Source: Candidatus Rokuibacteriota bacterium (GTDB lineage: Bacteria > Methylomirabilota > Methylomirabilia > Rokubacteriales > CSP1-6). From it: DNA of 64,000 bases. The stretch is from assembly GCA_003221635.1 (NCBI GenBank), contig QHSR01000242.1, forward strand, positions 11,396 through 75,395, given 5' to 3'. Positions 9,125-17,533 of this stretch are shown piece after piece. The notes beneath the pieces are model-generated. The model did not search any database. It worked only from the letters and a program-made list of their open reading frames with translations, and had not been told where the DNA came from. Both the position numbers and the translations under genes were made by a program. Numbering within the stretch: the first letter of the stretch is position 1; every line of letters starts with the position of its first letter.

Positions 9125-9299
9125 CGTGGCATCGGGTGGCCATGATTGTCACCGCGCGAGCGTCGGCTATAGTGACGGCGTCGCGGTGGCTTCCGACGAT
9201 CACTAGGAGGGCGTCGCCGCCGTTTTCGACAAGCGCCCGCCAAATTCACCCGCCTATGATGTGGCTCCGCCGTGCTGGTGGGGGGACGACGCGGGCGTG

Positions 9300-11666
9300 T
9301 TACGGCGTCGTGGGCGGCGGCGGTTGTGCGGGAAGGGGCGACAGCGGCATCCGCGGCCGACGTGGAGCCTTCCGGACCGCCTCGTCCAGATCGCGCGTCG
9401 ACTTCTGCATCTCGTCGGTGAGCCTGGCGGCGTCGAGCGCGGTGCCGACCACCCGCGGCGTGATCAGGAGCAGGAGCTCCGTTTTCTCGATCTTCCGCTC
9501 CGTGAAGCCGAAGAGGTAGCCAATGACCGGAATATTCTTGAGGACGGGTATCCCGCGATTGTCGAGGGTGACCGTGTCCTGGATGAGCCCGCCGAGTACG
9601 AGGGTCTGGTTGTTCAGGAGCACCACGGAGGTCTCCGCCTCGCGCTTGTCGAACGAGGGCGAGTTCGTCGGCAAGAAGCTAGGTCCGACCTTATTTACTT
9701 CCTGCTTCACGTCGAGGGCGACCGTGCCGCGCTCGCCGATGCGCGGGGTCACGGTGAGGATGACGCCGGCGTCGCGGTACTCGACGGTCTGGTTCACGCC
9801 GCCCGTCGTGATCGTCGTGCTGGTGGTCCCGCCCGTCGTGCCGGGTGTGCTGACGGCGCTCGTTTGCTGGCTCGTGATGATCGGCACCGATCTCGAGACG
9901 TTGATGACCGCCTTCTTGTTTTCCGATGTCATCACGTGCGGGTTCGAGACGATGTTGATCTTGTTCCCGCACGCCAGGGCGTTGAGCATCGCGATGAACT
10001 GGTCAGAGGCGAACGTAAACGCGGTGAGCCCCGCCCCCCAGGGACCGAGGGCCGCCAGGCCGGCGACTCCCTGGGCGACTCCCTGAGGGAGCGAGAGCGC
10101 GCCGGTGCTCGAGGGAGCCGACGTCGGGAGGCCGCCCGTTGGGCCGGTATTGACGTTCGCGGCGTTGAACCGGCCCGCGCGCACGGCCCAGTCGATGCCG
10201 AGCCTCGTGTCGTCGGTCAAGGTGACCTCGGCCACGAGCATCTCGATCAGCACCTGACGCGGCATCCGGTCGAGCTGCTTGACCGTGTTCTCGATCTCCG
10301 TCCAGCTCCGCGGGAAGGTCGTGACGATCACCGCGTTGGTGACCTCGTCGGCGATGAAGCGCACCTGGCCCTCGGCCAGGACATCGGACGCCCCCTGGGC
10401 CGTCGGAGCCGGGCTGCCGGGCGGTGGCGGAGGCGGGGGCGGCGGCACCGGCACCCCGGGTCGAGCGGGTGGCGGCGGCGCACCGGACGGCCCGGTTCCG
10501 GGTCCGGCGCCCGCGTCGCGCGACCCGTAGATCGCGTTCAGCGTCGCCGCGAGGTCCTTCGCCTTGGCGTTCTCGGCGTAGTAGATGAACACGCGGCGCC
10601 CGCCGTAGATGTTGACGTCGAGCTGCGCGACCAGGCGCTTGATCGTTTCGACCTCGTGCTTCTTGGCGTGCACGATCAGCGAGTTCGAGCGGCGCTCGGG
10701 AATGATCAACGGCGCGCGCTCCGCCGAGCCGCTGGGCTGTCCGGCCGGCGGGGGCGTCGGGACCCCCGGAGTTGGGACCGGCGTCGGCGCGGGCGGTGTT
10801 CCGGGTGCCGTCGAGCGGATGCGGCCGCTGGCGAAGAGCTGGGTGAGGATCGTCGCCAGCTCCGCGGAGTCGGCATACGTGATCGGGATGATCTGCAGCT
10901 CCTCCTGCGCCACCTGCACGTCGACGAGCCGGATGATGTCGAGCAGCCGCGTGACGTTCGACGACGTGTCGGTGATGATCAGCACGTTCGTCTCGCGGTG
11001 GGCGATCAGCGTCCCCCGCGTCGAGATGAGTGGACGCAGGAGCGCGCTCAGGTCCGCGACCGCCGAGTACTTGATCGGCACGATCTGCGTGATGATCTCG
11101 TCCGTCGTGCGGTTCGGATCGGGCACGGGGCCGACGATCGTCGGGACGGCGCGCTCGCGCGCGCCCTCGATGCGGAGAATCTTGTAGAGGTTCCCGGCCT
11201 TCACCGCCGTGAAGCCGTGCACCTCGAGGATGGCCAGCAGGACGCCGAACACCTCTTCCTGGGCGATGCGGCCCGAGGTCTGCACGGTGACCTTGCCGCG
11301 GACGTCGGGCGAGAGCACGTAGTTGAAGCCGATGATCTCGCTGGCCGCCTGGATGACGGTCTCGACGTCGGCGTTGTCGAAGTTGAGGACGACGAAGCGG
11401 CCCCGCTGAGCGGGCGGCACGGGCGGCGCCGTCGGCGGCAGGGGAGTGGGCGGCGTCGGTGGGGGCTCGACCGCCGGCTGCACCGGCATCAGAGCGCGCG
11501 GACCCACGGACGTGGGCGGTAGCGGGGGCAGCGGCTCCGGCGTCGGGGGTGGCGGCGTCAGCGCGGCCGGTGGTGGCGCCGTCACGGGCACTGCCGGCTT
11601 GGGACGCGGCGCGGCGCATCCGGAGGCGAGGGCGAGCAGGGCAAGCGTCGCGACGAGTCGCTTCAC
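9300..11666 (-). CDS. gspD: Type II secretion system secretin GspD, predicted lipoprotein with Pro-rich inserts
   Basis: 788 aa. Lipobox LALASG|C. N0/N1-like repeats and a C-terminal secretin domain (VVLLNNQTLVLGGLI...IPVLKNIPVIGYLFG). Last gene of the gsp operon. Confidence 0.9.
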   Translation of the reverse strand: MKRLVATLALLALASGCAAPRPKPAVPVTAPPPAALTPPPPTPEPLPPLPPTSVGPRALMPVQPAVEPPPTPPTPLPPTAPPVPPAQRGRFVVLNFDNADVETVIQAASEIIGFNYVLSPDVRGKVTVQTSGRIAQEEVFGVLLAILEVHGFTAVKAGNLYKILRIEGARERAVPTIVGPVPDPNRTTDEIITQIVPIKYSAVADLSALLRPLISTRGTLIAHRETNVLIITDTSSNVTRLLDIIRLVDVQVAQEELQIIPITYADSAELATILTQLFASGRIRSTAPGTPPAPTPVPTPGVPTPPPAGQPSGSAERAPLIIPERRSNSLIVHAKKHEVETIKRLVAQLDVNIYGGRRVFIYYAENAKAKDLAATLNAIYGSRDAGAGPGTGPSGAPPPPARPGVPVPPPPPPPPPGSPAPTAQGASDVLAEGQVRFIADEVTNAVIVTTFPRSWTEIENTVKQLDRMPRQVLIEMLVAEVTLTDDTRLGIDWAVRAGRFNAANVNTGPTGGLPTSAPSSTGALSLPQGVAQGVAGLAALGPWGAGLTAFTFASDQFIAMLNALACGNKINIVSNPHVMTSENKKAVINVSRSVPIITSQQTSAVSTPGTTGGTTSTTITTGGVNQTVEYRDAGVILTVTPRIGERGTVALDVKQEVNKVGPSFLPTNSPSFDKREAETSVVLLNNQTLVLGGLIQDTVTLDNRGIPVLKNIPVIGYLFGFTERKIEKTELLLLITPRVVGTALDAARLTDEMQKSTRDLDEAVRKAPRRPRMPLSPLPAQPPPPTTP

Positions 11667-11667
11667 G

Positions 11668-12447
11668 CTAGTTTGGTGGGGTGGGCTGCTGTGGGGCCGC
11701 CGGGTCGATCGGAAGGGGAGGAAGACGGCGCCCCAAACTCGGCGAAGGCCGGACGAAAGGACCCGGCGTTGGCAACCCTGGCGTGGGCTGCTGCACCGCC
11801 GGCGGCGAACCGGGCTGCACGGGCTGCGCGACCGGCGGCGGCATGAAGACGCGCGGCGACGGTGGTAGTACCCCTGGTGTTGGCTGGGGGCTCGAGGCCG
11901 GAGGCTGGCCGGCGCCCGGTGGTTGGCCTAGCGCGGGCGGCTGACCGGCCGCCGGCGGAGCCGGCGGGCGCGGCTTCGACGGGTCGCGCAGTCGCACGTC
12001 GACCGCGCCGTCGGGGCGGGCGATCACGACCGCGTCGGCCGAGATCGTCTGCACGGTGCCGCCGGCGATCTGGTCGCCGATTCGGTAGCCGGCGATGCGC
12101 TTGGTCAGCGGGTCTTCGAGATACGCGATGGGCGCGCCATCGCGCAGCACGACTCCGTGGAGGTTCGGCTTGACGATATTGATGGGGGGACCGCCCGCCA
12201 GCCCCGCGCCGGGCATCTCGGTTCGCGTGGGGCTGAAGAGATTGCGCGTTGCGATCACGCTGTAAGCCTGCGCCGGCAGGCGCGGCGAATCGGCGTTCGG
12301 CGTCGGCGCCGCCGGTGTGGCCGCGGGCGGCCGCGCGCGCGAGACCGCCGGCGCTCGCGATCCGGTGAGCTGCTTTACGATGAACCCAGCACAGAGCAAC
12401 GACACACTGGCGAGCACCACGTTGACGGCGAGCAGCCGGCGCGGCAT
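11668..12447 (-). CDS. GspC/PilP-like T2SS inner-membrane protein with a Pro-rich C-terminal tail
   Basis: N-terminal TM helix, NLFSPTR motif and a PilP/HR-like beta domain (GVVLRDGAPIAYLED...YRIGDQIAGG). No PDZ domain. Sits between gspM and gspD. Confidence 0.6.
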   Translation of the reverse strand: MPRRLLAVNVVLASVSLLCAGFIVKQLTGSRAPAVSRARPPAATPAAPTPNADSPRLPAQAYSVIATRNLFSPTRTEMPGAGLAGGPPINIVKPNLHGVVLRDGAPIAYLEDPLTKRIAGYRIGDQIAGGTVQTISADAVVIARPDGAVDVRLRDPSKPRPPAPPAAGQPPALGQPPGAGQPPASSPQPTPGVLPPSPRVFMPPPVAQPVQPGSPPAVQQPTPGLPTPGPFVRPSPSLGRRLPPLPIDPAAPQQPTPPN

Positions 12448-13026
12448 TCAGGTCTTGGCCTTGCCCGGCGCTCCGGTCAGGAGAAACCCCGAGACCGTGA
12501 GCGTGACGAGCAGATCTTTCGGCTGCGTCAAGTTGACGACGCGGATCTTGAGATCCTGGACCGGCAGGAGCTTGGGCGCGCTGTCGAGCCGCGCCAGCAG
12601 GTCGACGAGCTGCCGGATCTCGCAGGACACGGCGATCTCGACAGGAATCTCGAGAAGCTCACCGTGATCGGCCGGTGGCAGGATTCGCTCGCTGCGGACC
12701 TCGGTCTTCGCCTGCGCTGCCATGTCCTTGACGAGCCTCTGAAGCTCCGCGGCGGCCACGGCCGGCGTTGCGGACGTGAGGAAGCCTTCCGCGAGCTTGT
12801 CGAACCGCTTCATCGTCGCGTCCAGGTCGGCGGTGATCGCGGCGTGGCGCGCCAGGAGCTCGCGCCTCTGGAGCAGCACCTGCTCGCGTGCCGGCACCAG
12901 CTCGGCGGCCGAGCGGTTGTGCTCGAGGATCGGCTCGATCACCAGCAGCCAGCCGCCCAGCAGGATGCCCACCGCCAGCGCGAGGCCCACCACGATCCGT
13001 TCGCGGCGTGAGAGATTCCCGATCAT
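12448..13026 (-). CDS. gspM: Type II secretion system protein M-like (GspM/PilO-type)
   Basis: 192 aa from the in-frame ATG at 13026, in an ATGA overlap with the gspL stop. Single N-terminal TM helix followed by coiled-coil and ferredoxin-like regions. The remainder of the track ORF is Arg-rich artefact. Confidence 0.65.
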   Translation of the reverse strand: MIGNLSRRERIVVGLALAVGILLGGWLLVIEPILEHNRSAAELVPAREQVLLQRRELLARHAAITADLDATMKRFDKLAEGFLTSATPAVAAAELQRLVKDMAAQAKTEVRSERILPPADHGELLEIPVEIAVSCEIRQLVDLLARLDSAPKLLPVQDLKIRVVNLTQPKDLLVTLTVSGFLLTGAPGKAKT

Positions 13027-14492
13027 GGTCGTGTCGGTCCCGGAGTGCGCCCCGGCGGCACGGCGCGCGGCGGGACGATCGGCTGCTCGCCCGCGCTCCC
13101 TTCGCCTTTGGTCCCGGGCGGCGTCGCGCCGGGCCCTTTGGCGGTCGGCGTCGGCGCCGCCGGCGTCGGCGCCTCCCACGCCGCACGGATCCTGAATTGC
13201 TCGCGGTCGCGCCCGCGCGTGACGGGCGACGCGAACTCGACGCGCTCGAGCCTCGGCGAGTTCTCCAGCAAAGGAATCAACGTGCTGGCCGCGCCGGCCT
13301 GTCCCGTCAGCTCGACGCCCTTGGCGTCGAACGCGAGGTACGTCACCCACGCGTCGCCCGGAAGGACCTCCGTCAGCTCTCGAAGCACGGGCAGGGGTTG
13401 GAGCGCGCCGGTGCCGATCTTCTCGAGGGTCGCGAGGAGCTGGCGCTTGCGCTCGAGCTCGCGCGCCACCCGCTCGACCACGCGCACCTCCGGATCGATC
13501 CGGGCGATCTCCGCGTTGAGCCGGGCGAGACGGCGGCTTTCCCGGTAACCCGGAAGGAGCAGTGCGACCAGCGCCAGCAGAACGGTCGCCGCCAGGACCC
13601 CGCCCGTGAGCATCTCCTGGCGTGTCAAGCGGCGCGGCTTGAGCGCCGACGGGATGAGGTCGAGCGGGCGGATGCCCCGAGCCGCGGCCGTCGCCACGGC
13701 CAGCTCGGCCGCGCCACGAGGCTCGGTGATCTCGGCCAGGTGGCGCCGCGCCCGCGACGTCCAGGGCGGATCGGAAATCGGGACGCCCAGGTCGAGCAGC
13801 GCGGCGGCGGCGGCGCCATCGCCCGACACCCAGACCGCGTCGCACTCGCGCCAGCGTGCGCCGGCGAAGCTCCGCCGGGTTTCCGCGACGAGCGTCGCGT
13901 CATCGGCGGCGGGGAAGCACCGGCTCCACACGAGGGTCGAGCCCTGCAGGAGCAGGAGGTCGACCGAGTCGCCTGTGCGGTGCAGCCACGCGACGCGCTG
14001 GCGGCGGTCGGTCTCGACGAGGGCGATCATCTCGTGCGCGGCGACCGTGATCGACACCGGCCGGAGCTTCGCCTCCTCGGCGAGGCGCAGCGCGGCTTCG
14101 ATCACGCGGCGATCGGCGGCGGCGATCAGCACACGCTTGCCTTCGGTCGCCGCGCCGTCGGCCTCGGCCTCCGTCGGCAGCGGGACGAAGTCGAACGCCG
14201 CATCGTCCGCGGGGATCGGCAGGTGCCGTTCGAGCTCGAACTTCACCATCTCGCGCGTCTCTCCGGCCACGGCCGGCAGCTCGATGGGCTTGACGGTGAC
14301 CGCTGAGCGAGCGACGCCGATCGCGACCTTCCGCGCGGCGAGGCCCCGGGCGTCGAGCTCCGCGCGCAGCGCGGCCCCCGGGTTCTCCGCTTCGATGATG
14401 AACGTCTCCTGCCGATCGCGCTGGATCGCCGCGACGCTGAGCCGATCGCCGAGCATCACGACCGCGAGCCGGAGCGGGGAAAATTTCATCAT
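13023..14492 (-). CDS. gspL: Type II secretion system protein L-like (PilM-like cytoplasmic domain plus TM and PilN-like domain)
   Basis: 489 aa with the architecture and operon position expected for GspL. Pro-rich C-terminus. Confidence 0.7.
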   Translation of the reverse strand: MMKFSPLRLAVVMLGDRLSVAAIQRDRQETFIIEAENPGAALRAELDARGLAARKVAIGVARSAVTVKPIELPAVAGETREMVKFELERHLPIPADDAAFDFVPLPTEAEADGAATEGKRVLIAAADRRVIEAALRLAEEAKLRPVSITVAAHEMIALVETDRRQRVAWLHRTGDSVDLLLLQGSTLVWSRCFPAADDATLVAETRRSFAGARWRECDAVWVSGDGAAAAALLDLGVPISDPPWTSRARRHLAEITEPRGAAELAVATAAARGIRPLDLIPSALKPRRLTRQEMLTGGVLAATVLLALVALLLPGYRESRRLARLNAEIARIDPEVRVVERVARELERKRQLLATLEKIGTGALQPLPVLRELTEVLPGDAWVTYLAFDAKGVELTGQAGAASTLIPLLENSPRLERVEFASPVTRGRDREQFRIRAAWEAPTPAAPTPTAKGPGATPPGTKGEGSAGEQPIVPPRAVPPGRTPGPTRP

Positions 14493-14529
14493 CGTAGGGT
14501 AACACTCCTCGCAACTCGCAATGAAGAAG

Positions 14530-15489
14530 TCACCGGAGGCCCGACCACTCGAGCACGACGGCGGCGGGCGGGTCGCCGTCGGTGCGCTTCTGGACGATCG
14601 CGGTCAACCGCACGGCCACCCGATCGTCCACGATCCCCTCCGCCTCGACGCGAAACGTTCTCGTGGCGACGCTCAGATTTCGCCCGCCGAACTTCCCCGG
14701 CACGTTCGGGTAGGGGCCGTTGTTGTGCCGCGACTGCACGATCTCGGTGATCTCCGCGGCCGAGAGCCCGAGCGCGCGGAGCGCGTCGGCGCCGGCCGTG
14801 TTCATGTTCACCGGGCCCGAGCCGCGGACGGTGACGAGGCCGGCGAGCCCCGGGCGGTCCTTGGTGCCATTGTAGATCGCCGGCGTGACGCCCTTGATCT
14901 GGAGCAGCTCGGTGATGGACTCGAGGTTCGCGTTGTGGGCGCGGTAGGGCACCGGGAGCTTCAGATAGTAGTCCTCGCTCTCGGCGCCGTTGAGCCGATG
15001 CTCCTCGTTGGGATCGCGCCAATCCTGGATCGAGTCGACGATCGTGTCCCGCACCTCCTTGTCGACCCCCAGCGTCTGCAGCAGACGGTCGATTCGATCG
15101 GGCGGCGAGTTGTTGACGTTGAGGCGGGCCTCCTCGTCGGTGATCCGGTAGGAGTACTGCCCGCCGCCGAGCTCGGCCTTCTCGCGGCGGAGCCGCGGGA
15201 GCGGGCGCAGATCGGCGGTGTAGAAGGTGAGCAGGCCGTCTTCTTCCTCGACGACGAACTTGGTGTCGGCCACGATCTCGCGGATCGCCTGCTCGAGCGC
15301 CGTCTCGGCGAGATGGTTGCCGATGATCCCGTTCTTGTAGGCCCGGACCGCCGCTGCCTCGAGCCGCATCGAGTAGGCGAACTCGACGCTGACGACGGCG
15401 ACGAGTGCCAGCACGAGCAGGACGAGGAGCAGGGCGAATCCTTGCTCGTCGCGAAGCGCCGGCCGCGCCGCGCGGCGCGCCCGGCTCAT
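14530..15489 (-). CDS. gspK: Type II secretion minor pseudopilin GspK
   Basis: Start at the in-frame ATG at 15489, in an ATGA overlap with gspJ. Hydrophobic N-terminus GFALLLVLLVLALV. GspK-like core (RLNVN, QDWRD...DYY, helix-hairpin-helix region). Confidence 0.8.
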   Translation of the reverse strand: MSRARRAARPALRDEQGFALLLVLLVLALVAVVSVEFAYSMRLEAAAVRAYKNGIIGNHLAETALEQAIREIVADTKFVVEEEDGLLTFYTADLRPLPRLRREKAELGGGQYSYRITDEEARLNVNNSPPDRIDRLLQTLGVDKEVRDTIVDSIQDWRDPNEEHRLNGAESEDYYLKLPVPYRAHNANLESITELLQIKGVTPAIYNGTKDRPGLAGLVTVRGSGPVNMNTAGADALRALGLSAAEITEIVQSRHNNGPYPNVPGKFGGRNLSVATRTFRVEAEGIVDDRVAVRLTAIVQKRTDGDPPAAVVLEWSGLR

Positions 15490-16103
15490 GGCGCGGTGCC
15501 CGCGCGGAGCGGCACGGTCAGGGGCAAGAGCGTCTGGGCGCGGCCACCGATCGTGCCGCCGACGCTGATGCGGATGGCGCGGGGCAGGCGCTTGCTGACC
15601 TCGGTCTCCCACGTGCTCTGCCAGGCGCCGGCCTCGTCCAGATAGCTGAACGAGAGCTCGGTCAGCGACGGGTCGTTGAACACGACCGTGGCCTCGGTGA
15701 ACGGGTCGCGGTTCGGCAGGACGCGCTGGCGGATGACGAGGCCGGGGCGCTCGTCGCGCGTGCCGAGCTCGACGACGACAGCGGTGAACGCGACGGGAAT
15801 CGACGCGGGGTAGGGCGCGGCCTGCGTGACGAACTCGAGGCGCGACTCGGTCCCGGTGAAGAGCAGCTCGGGGGTCGGAGCCTGGCCGCGCGGGGCGCTG
15901 TACGGGTACGTGGCGCTGACCGAGCGGGCCAGGGACAGCACGATGCTGCGCATGTGCTGGTGAGCTTCCGCGCGATCCTCACCCTGGCGCCAGGCCGCCA
16001 GCGCGATCCGGACGCCGCTGAACGCGATCACGACGAGGGCCCCCACGATGGCCAGCGCCATCAAGAGCTCGAGCAGGGTAAAGCCGCGCTCGCCGCGCCT
16101 CAC
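15486..16103 (-). CDS. gspJ: Type II secretion minor pseudopilin GspJ
   Basis: GTG at 16103 gives (V)RRGERG|FTLLELLMALAIVG, a prepilin-type cleavage/methylation motif. GTGA overlap with gspI. Confidence 0.8.
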   Translation of the reverse strand: MRRGERGFTLLELLMALAIVGALVVIAFSGVRIALAAWRQGEDRAEAHQHMRSIVLSLARSVSATYPYSAPRGQAPTPELLFTGTESRLEFVTQAAPYPASIPVAFTAVVVELGTRDERPGLVIRQRVLPNRDPFTEATVVFNDPSLTELSFSYLDEAGAWQSTWETEVSKRLPRAIRISVGGTIGGRAQTLLPLTVPLRAGTAP

Positions 16104-16519
16104 CGAGGCGCTCCCATCGGCGGCTTCTCGGCCGTCGTCCTGAGCGTGACGATCTCGACGCCCCGCTTGTCGCCCCAGCGGACCTTGACGTCGATCTGGT
16201 AGACGTGCCACTTCGCGGTCGCCGTCGTTCGTTCGAGATCGGGCGCCTTCACCACCGTGACGGTGCGCTCCCAGTCGAAGGCGCCGTCCTGGCCCTGCTC
16301 GCGTCCCTCGACGGGCACGACCACCTCGCGCGCCTTCTGGTCCGCCAGCAGCACGGCCTGCTGGTGGTCGCCAGCGACCTTCAGGAGGCGCAGTCCCTGG
16401 GCGAATCCCTGGATGAGGGCGACGACCGCGACGCTCAGGATCGCGAACGCGACCAGCACCTCCAGGAGCGTGAAGCCCGCAGTGCGCCGCGCGGCGGGCC
16501 TGGCGTCGTTCGCGCTCAT
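16100..16519 (-). CDS. gspI: Type II secretion minor pseudopilin GspI
   Basis: ATG at 16519 gives MSANDARPAARRTAG|FTLLEVLVAFAIL. 139 aa. Confidence 0.8.
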   Translation of the reverse strand: MSANDARPAARRTAGFTLLEVLVAFAILSVAVVALIQGFAQGLRLLKVAGDHQQAVLLADQKAREVVVPVEGREQGQDGAFDWERTVTVVKAPDLERTTATAKWHVYQIDVKVRWGDKRGVEIVTLRTTAEKPPMGAPR

Positions 16520-16965
16520 TCGCGGTGGTTGCGCACGCGCCCGGTGACCGGGTCGACGGAGACGCGATAGGTGACGGCGCCCGTGCTGATCCGGAACTCT
16601 CCCCCGCTGGAGGTGCCCTGCGGCTCGAACCGGACGGTCAGCGCGCCCGGCGTGGCGGCTTCGATCGTCAGGCGGGCGGAGAGCGCGCGCGTCCATCGGA
16701 CCTCGTCCTCGCCGGTCATGACCGTCTGGAGCCGGCTCACGGGATTGACGACGACGGTGTACGGTTGCCGCGTGGTGATCGCCTGCTCTCGCGCGTGGCG
16801 AAACGTCGCGGAGAACCCGGCGACCTCGGCTCGGGCTCGCACCGCCTCCGTGCTGCGCCCGATCGCCGGTGCCACGAGTCCCACGGCGACCGCGACGACC
16901 AGCAGAGTGAGGATCAGCTCGAGGAGAGTGAAGCCCCGGGAATCTATTTCTGACTGCTGTCCCAT
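16516..16965 (-). CDS. gspH: Type II secretion minor pseudopilin GspH
   Basis: ATG at 16965 gives MGQQSEIDSRG|FTLLELILTLLVV. 149 aa. Confidence 0.8.
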   Translation of the reverse strand: MGQQSEIDSRGFTLLELILTLLVVAVAVGLVAPAIGRSTEAVRARAEVAGFSATFRHAREQAITTRQPYTVVVNPVSRLQTVMTGEDEVRWTRALSARLTIEAATPGALTVRFEPQGTSSGGEFRISTGAVTYRVSVDPVTGRVRNHRE

Positions 16966-17507
16966 GAGGTGATGTCGGCGTTTTCCCCGTCGCCGCCGGG
17001 AGCCCCGTCGGCGCCCTCGGACCAGAGATCGTACTCCCCGTTCTGGCCCGGACAGCAGCGGTATTTGTATTGGTTGCCCCACGGATCCTTGGGCACGGCT
17101 TTCTTGAGATACGGGCCATTCCAGTTGGGAGCGTTCGGATTCCGCTGGAGCGCGTCGAGGCCCTGGCCCGAGTTCGGGTACGCGCCGATGTCGAGACGGT
17201 ACTGGTCGAGCGCCGCGCCCAGCAGCTCGATCTGCGCCCGCGCCGCCGCCTGCTTGGACTGGCCCACCCGGCCGAAGAGGCGAGGGCCGACGAGACCCAC
17301 GAGCAGCCCGAGCACGATGATGACGACCAGCAGCTCGATCAGCGTGAACCCGCCTTGATTCCCGAGCGCCCGATCAAGCGTCCAACGGGTGCCTCGGATT
17401 CCTGCTCCATGACCATCCGGGAGCCGGTTGTCCCGGGCGGGGAGGCCTGCCGCAGCGTTGTGGGGTAGCGGACGCGTGCCGCGTGGTCCGGTCGACCCCT
17501 GCGGCAC
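16944..17507 (-). CDS. gspG: Type II secretion major pseudopilin GspG (5' end uncertain)
   Basis: The mature part is unmistakable (G|FTLIELLVVIIVLGLL...QAAARAQI...PWGN.Y). The only canonical in-frame start is the GTG at 17507. That start would give a roughly 52-aa leader running through a 35-bp-stem hairpin. Confidence 0.75.
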   Translation of the reverse strand: MPQGSTGPRGTRPLPHNAAAGLPARDNRLPDGHGAGIRGTRWTLDRALGNQGGFTLIELLVVIIVLGLLVGLVGPRLFGRVGQSKQAAARAQIELLGAALDQYRLDIGAYPNSGQGLDALQRNPNAPNWNGPYLKKAVPKDPWGNQYKYRCCPGQNGEYDLWSEGADGAPGGDGENADITSWDSSQK

Positions 17508-17533
17508 GCCTCCCCGCCCGGGACAACCGGCTC
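17421..17533. repeat. Nested hairpin element between gspF and gspG (35-bp arms with 1 mismatch, 43-nt loop)
   Basis: The arms are 17421-17455 and 17499-17533. I reverse-complemented and compared them by hand and found 1 mismatch. The loop holds the core cggacgcgtgccgcgtggtc (17469-17488), which is identical to 36446-36465. Confidence 0.9.
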
